Below, one piece after another: positions 1-10,989 of a stretch of 64,000 bases of DNA (the stretch's first letter is position 1; every line of letters begins with the position of its first letter). Below the pieces are notes generated by a model, which did no database searches, had not been told where the DNA came from, and saw only the letters and a program-made list of their open reading frames with translations. The position numbers and the translations under genes were made by a program. The stretch lies in assembly GCA_022841375.1 (NCBI GenBank), contig JALHRQ010000013.1, positions 5,384-69,383 of the forward strand, read 5' to 3'. The stretch is from Burkholderiales bacterium (GTDB lineage: Bacteria; Pseudomonadota; Gammaproteobacteria; Burkholderiales; SG8-41).

Positions 1-283
1 GGTGTTGTTAATCGATGGTTTCATCGTGACTAGTGCGTTGCTGATAGCGGCACGATTGCAGCCAGCCATCCTCGATTACTGCATTTTTTCGCATTGCTCG
101 GAGGAGCGCGGGCACCAGCGCATGCTCGCCTATCTGGGTGCGCGTCCGTTGTTGCAACTGGACTTGCGGCTGGGTGAGGGCACTGGCTGCGCACTGGCGT
201 TGCCGCTGCTGCAGGCTTCAGTGAATTTCATGAGCGAGATGGCGACCTTCGAGTCGGCTCAGGTCAGCGAGAAGATGGAATAG
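1..283 (+). CDS. cobT: Nicotinate-nucleotide--dimethylbenzimidazole phosphoribosyltransferase, 3' part (truncated by window edge)
   Basis: IDGFI..SA and [14 protein letters not shown] motifs, ending MATFESAQV; directly upstream of cobS. Confidence 0.93.
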   Translation, partial: VLLIDGFIVTSALLIAARLQPAILDYCIFSHCSEERGHQRMLAYLGARPLLQLDLRLGEGTGCALALPLLQASVNFMSEMATFESAQVSEKME

Positions 284-294
284 GGCTTTGTTAC

Positions 295-1107
295 ATGCTG
301 CCGACTACCGCACCACCTGCCAGTTTCATTAACCGATGCATACACCAGCTTCGTCTCTTTTTCATCGCGCTGCAATTTTTTACGCGCTTGCCGATTCCGC
401 GCTGGGTCGGGTTTGATCCGGATTGGTTGCGCCACGCAGTACGTTATTTTCCGGCAGTCGGGATAGTCGTAGGCTCTGTCACGGCGAGCGTCTATATACT
501 GTCAATCTGGATTTGGCCGCAGGCGATTGCGGTGCTGCTATCGACTATCGCCGGAATTTACCTGACAGGTGCTATCCATGAGGATGGATTCGCGGATACG
601 TGCGACGGGCTGGGAGGTGGTAACACTCCAGAGCGAATAATGGAGATCATGAAAGATTCGCGCATCGGCGTCTATGGCGTCATCGGTGTCAGCCTGATGC
701 TGGCGTTGAAATGCGTCGTGCTATCCAGCATGCCGACACCCGCGGTAGCAATCGCGTTGCTGATTGCGCATCCACTGTCGCGGCTGCCTTCGACTGTTCT
801 GATCTGGCGTTTGTCTTATGCGAAGGCGGAAGGCAAGGCCAAGCCGCTGGCACAACACATGTCCACGCTGGAATTCTGTATCGCTATGATCACGGCGTTG
901 TTGCCTGTAATAGCAGCGTGCCTCACTGGGTGGTTTTCCTGGCAGGCGATCGTCGCCGGCGGGATTGCGATTGCCGTTGCGGCGCTTTGGTTGGCTGGCA
1001 TTTTTGTGCGGCGAATCGGCGGCTACACCGGCGATTGTTTGGGCGCGTTGCAGCAGGTGGCGGAAGTCGTGTTCTATCTGGGTCTGTTGGCTGTTATTTT
1101 GCACTGA
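295..1107 (+). CDS. cobS: Adenosylcobinamide-GDP ribazoletransferase (cobalamin synthase)
   Basis: ALQFFTRLP, TGAIHEDGFADTCDG, MKDSRIG and GGYTGDCLGA motifs; membrane protein. Confidence 0.95.
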   Translation: MLPTTAPPASFINRCIHQLRLFFIALQFFTRLPIPRWVGFDPDWLRHAVRYFPAVGIVVGSVTASVYILSIWIWPQAIAVLLSTIAGIYLTGAIHEDGFADTCDGLGGGNTPERIMEIMKDSRIGVYGVIGVSLMLALKCVVLSSMPTPAVAIALLIAHPLSRLPSTVLIWRLSYAKAEGKAKPLAQHMSTLEFCIAMITALLPVIAACLTGWFSWQAIVAGGIAIAVAALWLAGIFVRRIGGYTGDCLGALQQVAEVVFYLGLLAVILH

Positions 1108-1121
1108 GTTACGCGCTTACC

Positions 1122-1676
1122 GTGCGTCTCTATCTTGTCCGTCATCCCAAGCCGCTCGTCGCGGCAGATACCTGTTACGGCTGCACCGATTTGACTGTAT
1201 CGGCAGAAGAACATGCGCGGGTGCTGGCGTCGTTGACGCCGAATTTGCCTGAACAGACATCGCTGTTTTGCAGTCCTTTGCAGCGATGTGCTGTGCTGGC
1301 CGATAGCTTGGCCGAGGCGCTTGACTGTGCACCGGCTATCCATGATGCGCGCCTGGCCGAAATGTATTTCGGCGATTGGGAAATGCGCGCCTGGAGTGAT
1401 ATTCCCCGTATTGAAATCGACGCCTGGGCCAACGACATTGCGCAGTTCAGGCCGGGGGGCGGTGAGAATGTTTTGCAGATGGCACAAAGGGTTAGCGCTT
1501 TTCATGATGATTTGCTACGGTGCGGGCAGGATCGCGCCATCGTGATTTGCCATGCTGGCACGATGCGGTTGTTGCTGGCTTGCCAGCGTGGTTTGCCGCT
1601 GGCTGAGATGGCACGGTACGCCGCACGCACTCCGCACAAGATCGCCTATGGGGAACTGATGATTCTGGACTGTTGA
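1122..1676 (+). CDS. cobC: Histidine phosphatase family protein (alpha-ribazole phosphatase-like); GTG start at 1122 inside ORF 711..1676
   Basis: LVRHP, SPLQRC, RLAEMYFGDWE, GGE and HAGTMR motifs; cob context. Confidence 0.85.
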   Translation: MRLYLVRHPKPLVAADTCYGCTDLTVSAEEHARVLASLTPNLPEQTSLFCSPLQRCAVLADSLAEALDCAPAIHDARLAEMYFGDWEMRAWSDIPRIEIDAWANDIAQFRPGGGENVLQMAQRVSAFHDDLLRCGQDRAIVICHAGTMRLLLACQRGLPLAEMARYAARTPHKIAYGELMILDC

Positions 1677-1757
1677 CTGAAATAACAGTCTGTTACAGAG
1701 CCCGTTTACTTAGCTTGCAAGTTTGTTCTTCGACGCATAAACTGATCGGGTAGCAGT

Positions 1758-1968
1758 GCTTCAGGTATTCTACGATCACTCGTATGTAGAATGAAATGGG
1801 AAGTCGGTGAGTTTTCTGAATAAGCGAACAAAACCGACGCTGCCCCCGCAACGGTAATCGAGTAAAAAGGTTTGCAGAACGCCACTGTGCAATGCATGGG
1901 AAGGCGCTGACCTAGGGAAACCCAAGCAAGGGGATCTCGACTCGTAAGCCCGGAGACCAGCCTGAAGC
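1758..1968 (+). ncRNA. Cobalamin riboswitch upstream of cbtBA and the main cob operon
   Basis: P1 GCTTCAGG/CCTGAAGC; AAATGGGAAGTCGGTG, CTGCCCCCGCAACGGT, GCCACTG...TGGGAAGGC and B12 box AAGCCCGGAGACC. Confidence 0.93.
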
Positions 1969-2150
1969 TATCGTAGCGTTTGTATCGCGAGGGGCGATTC
2001 AGATGGATTGCTCTGCTGCGCGTCCATCTTTAACTTCCTCCTTCACGTACAGGTTTTTTCACGCGCTTGGCGCGCGGATCTGCAATGGGGATGTCATTCC
2101 AGTCCCCGTTGTTTCGTGGCTTGAGTGCTCTCTTCAAGGAGAAAGATTAC

Positions 2151-2348
2151 ATGTCGTCAATACCTGGTTTACTTGATAACGTCGATTCGCAGTCCCATTC
2201 GGCTACCTGGAAAGGCAAAATACTGCCAGTGATGCTCGCCGGAAGCCTTGGTCTGGTGTTGCTTTATTGCGCGGCTTTCGCTGAGACTCCGGCGTTGCAT
2301 AATGTCGCGCATGACGCTCGTCATTCCGCCGGGTTTCCGTGCCACTGA
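2151..2348 (+). CDS. cbtB: Cobalt transporter small subunit CbtB (65 aa from ATG 2151)
   Basis: One TM segment then LHNVAHDARHSAGFPCH; SD AAGGAG upstream of 2151. Confidence 0.9.
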   Translation: MSSIPGLLDNVDSQSHSATWKGKILPVMLAGSLGLVLLYCAAFAETPALHNVAHDARHSAGFPCH

Positions 2349-3061
2349 CCCACATGGCCGGGATGTTTAACCTGGCGGCGTTCAAACGGATTGTTTCCGC
2401 AGCGGCAATGGCGGGTGTGCTGGCGGGCTTGTTATTCACCGTTGTTCAACAAATTCAGGTGAGCCGGATCATACTCAATGCCGAAGTGTATGAGGATGCG
2501 GCTGCTGCGCAATCTGCTCATGTACATTCTTCTGCCGAGAATGAGCATCACGAGCATGAGGCTTGGCAACCTACCAACGGTGTAGAGCGGACCTTGTTCA
2601 CGGCCTTGGCGAATATCAGTCTGGCCGTTGGCTTCGGGCTGTTGTTGGGATCCGGCATCTGTCTGCGTGGTGAAGCAAGCGATTGGCGTGCCGGGCTGTT
2701 GTGGGGCTTGGCAGGGTATGTGGTGTTTTTCGTGGCCCCTTCCTTGGGCTTGCCTCCGGAAGTTCCTGGCACCGAAGCGGCTCCGCTGGCTGATCGACAA
2801 CTATGGTGGCTAATAACGGTGGTCATGACAGCAACGGGACTATCGCTCCTGATTTTTGCTCGAACCTGGCAGGTCAAAATCCTGGGCGCAGCCTTGCTCG
2901 GCGTTCCACACCTGATCGGTGCGCCGCAGCCGCAAGTTCACGCTAGCGCAGCACCTATTGAATTAGCGCACGCTTTTATATATGCCACCGCTATTGCCAA
3001 TACCGTGTTCTGGCTCACGCTTGGCAGCTTGACGGGATTCTTTTACAAAAAGTTTGCCTAA
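2339..3061 (+). CDS. cbtA: Cobalt transporter subunit CbtA (start may be 2354 or 2363)
   Basis: AEVYE, His-rich loop, GLLWGLAG, APSLGLPPEVPG, RQLWW and PHLIGAP motifs. Confidence 0.92.
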   Translation: MPLTHMAGMFNLAAFKRIVSAAAMAGVLAGLLFTVVQQIQVSRIILNAEVYEDAAAAQSAHVHSSAENEHHEHEAWQPTNGVERTLFTALANISLAVGFGLLLGSGICLRGEASDWRAGLLWGLAGYVVFFVAPSLGLPPEVPGTEAAPLADRQLWWLITVVMTATGLSLLIFARTWQVKILGAALLGVPHLIGAPQPQVHASAAPIELAHAFIYATAIANTVFWLTLGSLTGFFYKKFA

Positions 3062-3166
3062 CCATCGTAATTGGCAGGATGTGTCGGGTTTGTGGGGGCG
3101 TTACGCGGGCAGTTTGCGCGCAGCCCCATTCGCTTAAGTCGATCGCTCCGGCGTGAAGAAAATGTT

Positions 3167-3505
3167 ATGAGAACCCACACCAGACACGTACTAATGTGCG
3201 TCGGCCCGCGTTGCACCGAAGATGGCATACAGGCGCAGGCGATGTTTGAATTAATGGGGAAGAAGATTGATGCCCGTCCGGAGTTGCGGGTCAAACGCAC
3301 CAGAACGCACTGCATGGTCGTGTGCCGGAACCAAGGGCCGATACTCGTGGTGTATCCCGAAGGCGTATGGTATCGCTGCGTTGACGAGGCAGCATTGGAA
3401 CGGATCGTCGTCGAACATCTGGTAGGCGGGCGTGAAGTGGATGAGTTGATCTTCCATCGTCTGGGTGAAGGCGACACCTGTCCATTGGAAAACGAAGATG
3501 TCTAA
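3167..3505 (+). CDS. Thioredoxin-like [2Fe-2S] ferredoxin
   Basis: [20 protein letters not shown] and VYPEGVWY...IVVEHL..G. Confidence 0.85.
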   Translation: MRTHTRHVLMCVGPRCTEDGIQAQAMFELMGKKIDARPELRVKRTRTHCMVVCRNQGPILVVYPEGVWYRCVDEAALERIVVEHLVGGREVDELIFHRLGEGDTCPLENEDV

Positions 3506-6500
3506 AATAAACGCGATGGGTGCGCACATCGCGCTATTGACCCACGCCCCGAACGACCTGACGGTGCTGCACAGCGCACTCGCCCAATTACCACAAGATT
3601 TCCCGCCGGTTACTGGTGTCGACCTGCAGGCACTCGAGAGCGAAGCGCAGATGGCGGCGCTACTGGCGCGCGAACTTGCCGCCACACAGATCATCGTGTT
3701 ACGTGTGTTGGGCCGGCTCGGCAGCGTACCGGGTTTTGCCGAGTTGGTAGGCCAAGCCCGGAGACGGGGGCGACATTTGATCGCGATCAGCGGTACCGGA
3801 GAACCCGACCCGGAATTGGCGACTGTATCCACCGTTTCATCAGATGTGTTGCAGCAGGCGCTGACCTATTTTCAGGCAGGCGGCAGCGTGAATCTGGCGC
3901 AACTGCTGCGCTACCTGTCCGATCATCTTTTGCTGACCGGTTTCGGCTTCGAGCCGGCGCTGGCCTTGCCCGAGCATGGGCTCTATCATCCCGACTTGTC
4001 CGAAGGTGCTGGCATTGATGACTGGCTGGCCCAGCGGGTGCCGCAACGGCCCAGTGTCGGTATCGTTTTCTACCGCGCCCACTGGATGAGCGGCAACACG
4101 CGCTTTGTCGATGCGCTGGTCGACGCGCTGGAGAAGCGCGGCATGAATGTGCTGCCGGTATTCACCTCGTCGTTGCGCGCCGGAGGCGATGGCGGCGCGA
4201 CGCTGCCGACGGCGCTGCGCCATTTCAGCGGAGAGCGCGGCGCGCACATCGACGTGCTGATCAACACTACCTCGTTCGCCATGGGCGAAATCACGCCCGG
4301 CGGGCCGACCCCGGCCGGTTGGTCGGTCGGCGTGCTGGAACGACTCAATGTGCCAGTGTTGCAAGCCATCACCAGCGGCATGATGCTGGGTCAGTGGCAG
4401 CAATCGACGCGCGGCCTCAACCCGCTCGATGCGGCGATGAACGTGGTGTTGCCGGAGTTCGACGGGCGCATTATCACGGTCCCTGTGTCTTTCAAGACAC
4501 GGGCCGCCGGCATGTCCAACGAGATGGTCGAATACGAACCGCTGTCCGATCGCGTGGCGCGCGTGGCCGGGCTTGCGGCGCGCTTCGCACGACTGAAACG
4601 GATGCGCAATGCGGACAAGCGCGTAGCCTTTATTTTTACTAATTCCAACAGCAAGGCATCGCAAATTGGCAATGCGGTTGGTCTCGATGCGCCGGCATCC
4701 CTGATACACATCCTGCGCGCCATGCACGACGCCGGTTATCACATAGAGCAGTTGCCCGAGAACGGCACCGCCCTGATCCACGCGTTGATCGACCGTTGTG
4801 CCTACGATAATACATATCTCAGTGCCGAGCAGCTGACGCACGCCGTCGGACGCGTGCCTGCGGCGCAATACGCGGCGTGGTTTGACGATTTGCCACTGGA
4901 GATGCGGGAGAAGATGGCGGCGCAATGGGGGCCACCGCCGGGCGAGGCCTATGTGCATGACGATCATCTGGCGCTGGCGGGCATCGAACTGGGCAATGCT
5001 TTCGTTGCGCTGCAACCGCCGCGCGGCTACGGCATGGACCCGGACGCGATCTATCACCAGCCCGATTTACCGCCGCCCCACCATTATTACGCGCTGTATC
5101 GCTGGTTACGGGACGAGTGGCGAGCCGATGCCATCGTCCACGTCGGCAAGCACGGCACGCTCGAATGGTTGCCGGGCAAGGGTGTGGGCCTATCGGAGAA
5201 GTGTTTTCCGGATGCGTTCCTGGCGGATATGCCTTTGTTTTATCCCTTCATCATCAACGATCCCGGAGAAGGTGCGCAGGCCAAACGCCGCGCCCATGCC
5301 GTCGTACTCGATCACCTGACGCCGCCGATGACCACGGCCGATACTTATGGCGCGCTGGCCCAGTTGACTCAATTGGTGGACGAGTATTATCAGGTGGAAG
5401 TGCTCGATCCTGCAAAGCTGCCGCTGTTGCAGCAGCAGATTTGGGAGTTGGTGAAAGAAACCAACCTGGATGTGGATCTGCAGGCCACGCTGCTGCACCA
5501 TGACCATGATCACCACGACCACGATCATGACCACGATGATCATGCCCATCTTCATGACCACGCTCACGATCACAAGCATGGTCATGACCACGACCATGAT
5601 CATGACGAAGAGCTTCCCGCAGCGCTGGCAAATATGGGCGGAGTCGATGTCGCTCATCTGATCGAGGATCTCGACGGCTATTTGTGTGAGTTAGGGGCGG
5701 CACAGATCCGCGACGGCTTGCACATTCTTGGTCAAGCGCCCGAAAGCGGGCAACTGGTGGATATGCTGGCGTCGCTTACTCGCCTGCCGAATCAGGATAT
5801 TCCCGGGCTACAGGCGGAAGTGGCGCGGTTGTTTGGTTTAAAAATTGAGATGCTGTTGGAGCACAAAGGGCGTCGTTTGAATGTTGTCACCGCGCTGGCG
5901 CGCTTGGCCGAGCGGCCTGTCGTTACACGAGCCGATGCGCTTGAAGCGATTGATGTGTTGTGTCGAAAGCTGTTCGTCGAACTGCATGCGCGCGACTATC
6001 TTGAATCGAGCATAAACGAGGTATTGGATCTGATTTTTAACGGGCTCCACGCCGACGGTAGTGCAGTAAACCAGCCGCTATTGCAACCTGCGGTCCGCGT
6101 GCGTAGCAGCGTGCTTTCACAATTGAATAAGCATCGTGTAAAAGAGGGCATGGTCCGCACGGTCCCGCTTAACGTCGGCCATAAGGATGCCCTGTCGGGC
6201 GCCGATGTAGGTTACGACGCGCTACGCCGCGTACTTGGGTTTGCCTGCCGCGAGCTAGTGCCGAACCTGGGGCGCGCTTCAGACGAGATCGCTAACCTGC
6301 TGAGCGGACTGGCCGGCGGTTACGTACCGGCGGGACCCAGCGGCTCGCCGACCCGTGGCATGGCGCACATCCTGCCGACCGGGCGTAATTTTTACTCGGT
6401 CGATCCGCGAAGCGTACCCTCGCAGTCGGCCTGGCGCGTCGGCTTGCAGCTCGCGCACGAAGTGCTGACACGACATGTGCGCGAAACCGGCGGTTATCCG

Positions 6501-7607
6501 GAAAGTGTCGCCATCAGCATCTGGGGCACCAGCGCGATGCGCACCCACGGCGATGATGTGGCGCAGATTTTGGCGCTGCTCGGCGTGCGTCCGGTGTGGC
6601 GGCCGGAGAACCGTCAACTGACTGGCGTCGAAGTGATTCCGCTGGCGGAATTGAAACATCCGCGCATCGATGTAACGATCCGCATCAGCGGTTTTTTTCG
6701 CGACGCGTTCCCGCAATTGATCGATCTGCTCGATGACGCTGTCAACGCCGTTATCAAGTTAGACGAGCCGCTGTCGCAGAACTTCGTGCGCAAGCATTAT
6801 CTCGCCGAATTGGGCGAATGGATCGGCAAGGGACTGCCGCAAGATGAGGCGTCGTGTCGCGCCGGGTATCGCATTTTCGGCGCCAAGCCCGGCAGTTATG
6901 GCGCGGGCATTCTGCCGCTGATCCAGGAAAAGAACTGGCAAGCCGATGCCGACTTCGCCGAGGCCTATGTAAACTGGGGCGGCTACGCCTATGCTCGGGG
7001 CACGCAAGGGAATGATGAGCGCGATGCGTTTCGGGTGCGGCTGTCGGGCGTCCAGGTGGCGTTGCACAACCAGGACAATCGTGAACACGACATTTTCGAT
7101 AGCGACGATTACCTGCAATTTCACGGCGGCATGATCGCCACCATCCGTGCCCTGACCGGGCAGCAGCCGCGGCACTATTTCGGCGACAGCCATGATCCGG
7201 CGCGCCCCCAGGTGCGCGATCTCAAGGAGGAGACGTTGCGGGTATTCCGCTCGCGCGTCGTCAATCCGAAGTGGCTGGCGAGCATTCAGCGTCATGGGTA
7301 CAAGGGCGGACTGGAACTGACAGCGACGGTCGATTACCTGTTCGGTTACGATGCTACCGCCCGTGTCATGGACGATTGGATGTACGAGCAAGTGGCAAGC
7401 GTCTACGCGTTCGATCCTGAGATGCAACGCTTCCTCCAAGAGGCCAATCCGTGGGCGCAGAACGCGATTGCCGAGCGCCTGCTCGAAGCGGCCAGCCGCG
7501 GCATGTGGGCCGAGCCGCCGCCGCAGACGCTGGAAGCGCTGCGCGAACTGTATCTACGTAGTGAAACCTTGCTGGAGGCGCGCGGTGAGACACCGCGCAG
7601 CGTATGA
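3498..7607 (+). CDS. cobN: Cobaltochelatase large subunit CobN with internal His/Asp-rich insert
   Basis: [46 protein letters not shown] and NPKW..HGYKG motifs. Confidence 0.95.
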   Translation: MSKINAMGAHIALLTHAPNDLTVLHSALAQLPQDFPPVTGVDLQALESEAQMAALLARELAATQIIVLRVLGRLGSVPGFAELVGQARRRGRHLIAISGTGEPDPELATVSTVSSDVLQQALTYFQAGGSVNLAQLLRYLSDHLLLTGFGFEPALALPEHGLYHPDLSEGAGIDDWLAQRVPQRPSVGIVFYRAHWMSGNTRFVDALVDALEKRGMNVLPVFTSSLRAGGDGGATLPTALRHFSGERGAHIDVLINTTSFAMGEITPGGPTPAGWSVGVLERLNVPVLQAITSGMMLGQWQQSTRGLNPLDAAMNVVLPEFDGRIITVPVSFKTRAAGMSNEMVEYEPLSDRVARVAGLAARFARLKRMRNADKRVAFIFTNSNSKASQIGNAVGLDAPASLIHILRAMHDAGYHIEQLPENGTALIHALIDRCAYDNTYLSAEQLTHAVGRVPAAQYAAWFDDLPLEMREKMAAQWGPPPGEAYVHDDHLALAGIELGNAFVALQPPRGYGMDPDAIYHQPDLPPPHHYYALYRWLRDEWRADAIVHVGKHGTLEWLPGKGVGLSEKCFPDAFLADMPLFYPFIINDPGEGAQAKRRAHAVVLDHLTPPMTTADTYGALAQLTQLVDEYYQVEVLDPAKLPLLQQQIWELVKETNLDVDLQATLLHHDHDHHDHDHDHDDHAHLHDHAHDHKHGHDHDHDHDEELPAALANMGGVDVAHLIEDLDGYLCELGAAQIRDGLHILGQAPESGQLVDMLASLTRLPNQDIPGLQAEVARLFGLKIEMLLEHKGRRLNVVTALARLAERPVVTRADALEAIDVLCRKLFVELHARDYLESSINEVLDLIFNGLHADGSAVNQPLLQPAVRVRSSVLSQLNKHRVKEGMVRTVPLNVGHKDALSGADVGYDALRRVLGFACRELVPNLGRASDEIANLLSGLAGGYVPAGPSGSPTRGMAHILPTGRNFYSVDPRSVPSQSAWRVGLQLAHEVLTRHVRETGGYPESVAISIWGTSAMRTHGDDVAQILALLGVRPVWRPENRQLTGVEVIPLAELKHPRIDVTIRISGFFRDAFPQLIDLLDDAVNAVIKLDEPLSQNFVRKHYLAELGEWIGKGLPQDEASCRAGYRIFGAKPGSYGAGILPLIQEKNWQADADFAEAYVNWGGYAYARGTQGNDERDAFRVRLSGVQVALHNQDNREHDIFDSDDYLQFHGGMIATIRALTGQQPRHYFGDSHDPARPQVRDLKEETLRVFRSRVVNPKWLASIQRHGYKGGLELTATVDYLFGYDATARVMDDWMYEQVASVYAFDPEMQRFLQEANPWAQNAIAERLLEAASRGMWAEPPPQTLEALRELYLRSETLLEARGETPRSV

Positions 7608-7608
7608 G

Positions 7609-9522
7609 ATGACAAGCATGAATTTTCCATTTTCTGCCATCGTCGGACAGGAGCAATTGAAAACCGCACTACTGCTATGCGCGGTTGATCCGACGCTGGG
7701 CGGCGTACTGATCCGCGGAGACAAGGGGACGGCCAAAAGCACCGCGGCGCGGGCGCTGACGGATATCCTGCCGATGATTGAGCTTATCGCCGGCTGTGCG
7801 TTCAACTGTGCACCCGGCGTACCCTGTGGACACTGCGAGATATGTAGCGAGGCGAGTGCGACGGCGCAGACTGCTACGGTTCCTTTTGTCACGCTGCCGC
7901 TCGGTGCGACCGAAGACCGTGTGCTCGGCACTCTTGATCTGGAGCGCGCGCTGCAGGGCGTCAAGCGCGCCTTTCAACCCGGCTTGCTGGCGGCAGCGCA
8001 CCGCGGCATTCTCTACATCGATGAAGTGAACCTGCTGCCCGATCACCTGGTGGATGTCCTGCTGGACGCGGCGGCGATGGGTATCAACTCGGTGCAGCGG
8101 GAAGGCTTGTCGATCACGCATCCGGCGCGCTTCACGTTGATCGGCACGATGAATCTTGAGGAGGGTGACCTGCGCCCACAACTGCTTGACCGCTTCGGCT
8201 TGATGGTCGAAGTTGCGGCGCCGCGAGATAAAGCATTACGCGCCGAGGTGGTGCGCCGGCGTATCGCTTTCGATGCCGGTCCGGCCGGCTACGCCATCAC
8301 GTGGGAACAACAGCAGGATGCGTTACGCGATCAGCTTGCCACCGCTCAGCGCTTGTTGCCGGAGGTGTTGCTGGACGACGCGTTGCTCGATTTGATTAGT
8401 CATCTGTGTTGCGAATTCGACGTTGCAAGCCTGCGTGCCGACATCGTGATGCACAAGGCATCACGCGCACTGGCGGCACTGGAGAGGCGTGAGCAGGTGA
8501 CGCCCGAAGACGTGCGCTGTGCGGCGGAACTGGTACTGCCGCACCGGCGGCGGCGCAAACCGTTCGAGCAGCCCGGCCTGGATCGCGAGCGCCTCGACGA
8601 ATTGATGCGGGAAGCCGCTCAGCAGCCAGAACAGCATGATGAATCCGGTGCTGCCTCACAGGAAGAGGGCGCAGAGAGTGCAAAGGGCGACGCTGAACAG
8701 GACGATAAGCAGCAGGTGTTTGCCGCCGCATCCACTGGTACCGTACGCCGGATCGTGGTGGATAACATCCCAGCCCGCAACACTGTGGGTCGGCGCAGCG
8801 ACGTACCGGATACTTCGCGCGGTCGCGTGGTGCGTGCAGCACCGCATGACAATCCGAGCAGCCTTGCTGTTGGCGCGACGCTGCGTAGCGCTGCATTGCG
8901 CAATCCAGCGGAATTCCACGTAACCAGAAGCGATCTGCACCAGCAAATTCGCGCGGGCAAAAGCGCTAACCTGATTCTTTTCGTGGTGGATGCCTCTGGC
9001 TCGATGGCAGCGCAGCGCCGTATGGAGGCGGTCAAGGGCGCGGTACTGGCGCTGCTAACCGATGCCTACCAACGGCGCGACGAAGTGGCAGTCATTTCCT
9101 TTCGCGGCGAATCGGCAGCACTGTTATTGGCACCCACCCGCAGCGTTGATCGCGCTGAGCAGGGGCTGCGCGAACTGCCTACTGGTGGTCGTACGCCATT
9201 GCCGCACGCGTTGCAGTTAGCATTGAAAACTCTGGAACAGGCGGATGCGAGCGCGCCGCCGCTGTTGATATTGCTGAGCGACGGCAAGGCGAATGTTGCG
9301 CTGAGCGATGGCGCCGACCCATGGCGCGAGACGCTGGCCTTGGCCGAACGGCTGGCCGGGCGCGGTGTGCCGGCATTGGTGCTCGATACCGAAAGCGGTC
9401 ATCTTCGTCTGGGGCGGGCTGGCCAACTGGCGCAGGCGCTGGGAGCCGAATGCCTAACGCTGGAGCAGTTATCGGCAGAGAGTTTGACGCTCACGATACG
9501 TGGGCGGTTGAAAACAACATGA
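7609..9522 (+). CDS. ChlI/ChlD-like fused AAA+/vWA chelatase subunit (putative cobaltochelatase partner of CobN)
   Basis: FPFSAIVGQ, GDKGTAKST (Walker A), YIDEVNLL, acidic linker, vWA DASGSM and TGGRTPL. Confidence 0.9.
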   Translation: MTSMNFPFSAIVGQEQLKTALLLCAVDPTLGGVLIRGDKGTAKSTAARALTDILPMIELIAGCAFNCAPGVPCGHCEICSEASATAQTATVPFVTLPLGATEDRVLGTLDLERALQGVKRAFQPGLLAAAHRGILYIDEVNLLPDHLVDVLLDAAAMGINSVQREGLSITHPARFTLIGTMNLEEGDLRPQLLDRFGLMVEVAAPRDKALRAEVVRRRIAFDAGPAGYAITWEQQQDALRDQLATAQRLLPEVLLDDALLDLISHLCCEFDVASLRADIVMHKASRALAALERREQVTPEDVRCAAELVLPHRRRRKPFEQPGLDRERLDELMREAAQQPEQHDESGAASQEEGAESAKGDAEQDDKQQVFAAASTGTVRRIVVDNIPARNTVGRRSDVPDTSRGRVVRAAPHDNPSSLAVGATLRSAALRNPAEFHVTRSDLHQQIRAGKSANLILFVVDASGSMAAQRRMEAVKGAVLALLTDAYQRRDEVAVISFRGESAALLLAPTRSVDRAEQGLRELPTGGRTPLPHALQLALKTLEQADASAPPLLILLSDGKANVALSDGADPWRETLALAERLAGRGVPALVLDTESGHLRLGRAGQLAQALGAECLTLEQLSAESLTLTIRGRLKTT

Positions 9523-9529
9523 AAATCAG

Positions 9530-10288
9530 ATGAAACCCGGAAAAGTCTATTTGATCGGTTCTGGTCCCGGCGATGTTGAGCTCATGACGCTCAAAGCGGT
9601 GCGTTTGCTCGGCGAGGCTGACGTGGTGCTGCTGGACGATCTGGTCAATCGCGAAGTCCTGCGTTTCGTCGCGCCGGATGCGGAAATCGTTGATGTAGGC
9701 AAGCGCGGCGGCTGTAAGTCGACACCCCAGGTGTCCATTCACGAGCAAATGCTCAAACATGCACAGGCGGGCCGCATTGTGGCGCGACTCAAGGGCGGTG
9801 ATCCCTTTGTCTTTGGTCGCGGCGGTGAGGAAATGCAATGTCTTGTTGCGGCCGGAGTGGCTGTCGAGGTGGTGAGCGGGGTGACCGCCGGCGTGGCCGT
9901 GCCGGCGGTGTTGGGCATACCGCTAACGCACCGCGATTGCGCTCGCAGTGTCACATTTGTCACTGGGCACACTCGCAACGACGAGCCAACGGACTGGCGA
10001 GGGTTGGCTGGGACGGGCGGCACTCTGGTGATCTACATGGGAATCGCCAACCTGTCACGGATCGTTGCGGAACTATTGGCGGCGGGTTTGTCACCGATGC
10101 TGCCAGCCGCAGTGATCCAGCACGGCACCTTGCCACAGCAGCGCAGCGTGGTGACTACGTTGGGGGAGTTGCCGGCAGCACTGCCCGCGCATGGCATTGG
10201 CAGTCCGGCCATCGTGATTATCGGCGAAGTGGTTGGCATCGCAGGCTACGTATCGAAAAATCCAGCGATTTGTGAGGTGCAGTTATGA
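9530..10288 (+). CDS. cobA: Uroporphyrinogen-III C-methyltransferase
   Basis: [20 protein letters not shown] and [16 protein letters not shown]. Confidence 0.93.
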   Translation: MKPGKVYLIGSGPGDVELMTLKAVRLLGEADVVLLDDLVNREVLRFVAPDAEIVDVGKRGGCKSTPQVSIHEQMLKHAQAGRIVARLKGGDPFVFGRGGEEMQCLVAAGVAVEVVSGVTAGVAVPAVLGIPLTHRDCARSVTFVTGHTRNDEPTDWRGLAGTGGTLVIYMGIANLSRIVAELLAAGLSPMLPAAVIQHGTLPQQRSVVTTLGELPAALPAHGIGSPAIVIIGEVVGIAGYVSKNPAICEVQL

Positions 10289-10989
10289 TCATCTGTGTTG
10301 GTGCGGGGCCGGGCGACATCGGTTACCTGACGCAGCGCGGCGCGGAATTAATCCGTAATGCCGACGTGGTGGCCGGGTTCGACGCGGTGCTCGATGTCGT
10401 GCGCAGCTTGATTCCGTCCGCAGCAGAGGTCGTCACCATGGGTTATCGCGATCAGGTTGATAAACTGGCGCACGTAGCGCTGGCGCACCATGCTGGCAAG
10501 CACTGCGTGGTGGTATTCATGGGCGATATCCACTTTAGCGGCTTCCAGTACCTGGAGCGTGTCGAGCGTGCATGCGGCCACGAGGTCGAGACGCTGCCGG
10601 GAATATCTTCTGCGCAAATTCTCGCTTCGCGTGCCAAAGTATGCTTCGACGAAACCAGTTTCATAACTTTTCACCGGCGGGGCGATCTTGAACCTTTCAA
10701 GCGTCATCTGGTGCATGTGCTCCAGGACGAGCGCAACGCCATCGTGATTCCTCGTCCGTGGGATGCGGCGCGCTCTTTCATGCCGCGTCACATTGCCGCT
10801 TACCTGGTGGCGAATGGCGTGTCGCCCGAGCATCCGACCGAGGTGTGGGAAAACCTGACGCGCGACGAGGCAGAATGGCACGGTACGCTCGCCGAATGTG
10901 TCGATCGCGAGTTTACGGACATGAGCATCATGCTGATTCGCGCGCGTCAGCCGATGTCCAGCCAGATTGAGCCGGCGGCGGGAAAATGA
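10285..10989 (+). CDS. cbiE: Cobalt-precorrin-7 C5-methyltransferase (stand-alone CbiE-like)
   Basis: Tetrapyrrole methylase GAGPGD, MGD..FSG, PGISSAQ, TFH.RG and WENLT. Confidence 0.75.
   Translation: MIICVGAGPGDIGYLTQRGAELIRNADVVAGFDAVLDVVRSLIPSAAEVVTMGYRDQVDKLAHVALAHHAGKHCVVVFMGDIHFSGFQYLERVERACGHEVETLPGISSAQILASRAKVCFDETSFITFHRRGDLEPFKRHLVHVLQDERNAIVIPRPWDAARSFMPRHIAAYLVANGVSPEHPTEVWENLTRDEAEWHGTLAECVDREFTDMSIMLIRARQPMSSQIEPAAGK

Noticed and set aside
3840-5057. 405-aa minus-strand ORF, and similar long antisense ORFs over uvrB, cbiD and hydantoinase
   Set aside because: Shadow frames of well-supported genes
5490-5610. Tandem CATGAC/CACGAT repeats as a CRISPR array or non-coding repeat
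   Set aside because: They are in frame within cobN, encode a His/Asp tract, and have no repeat-spacer structure
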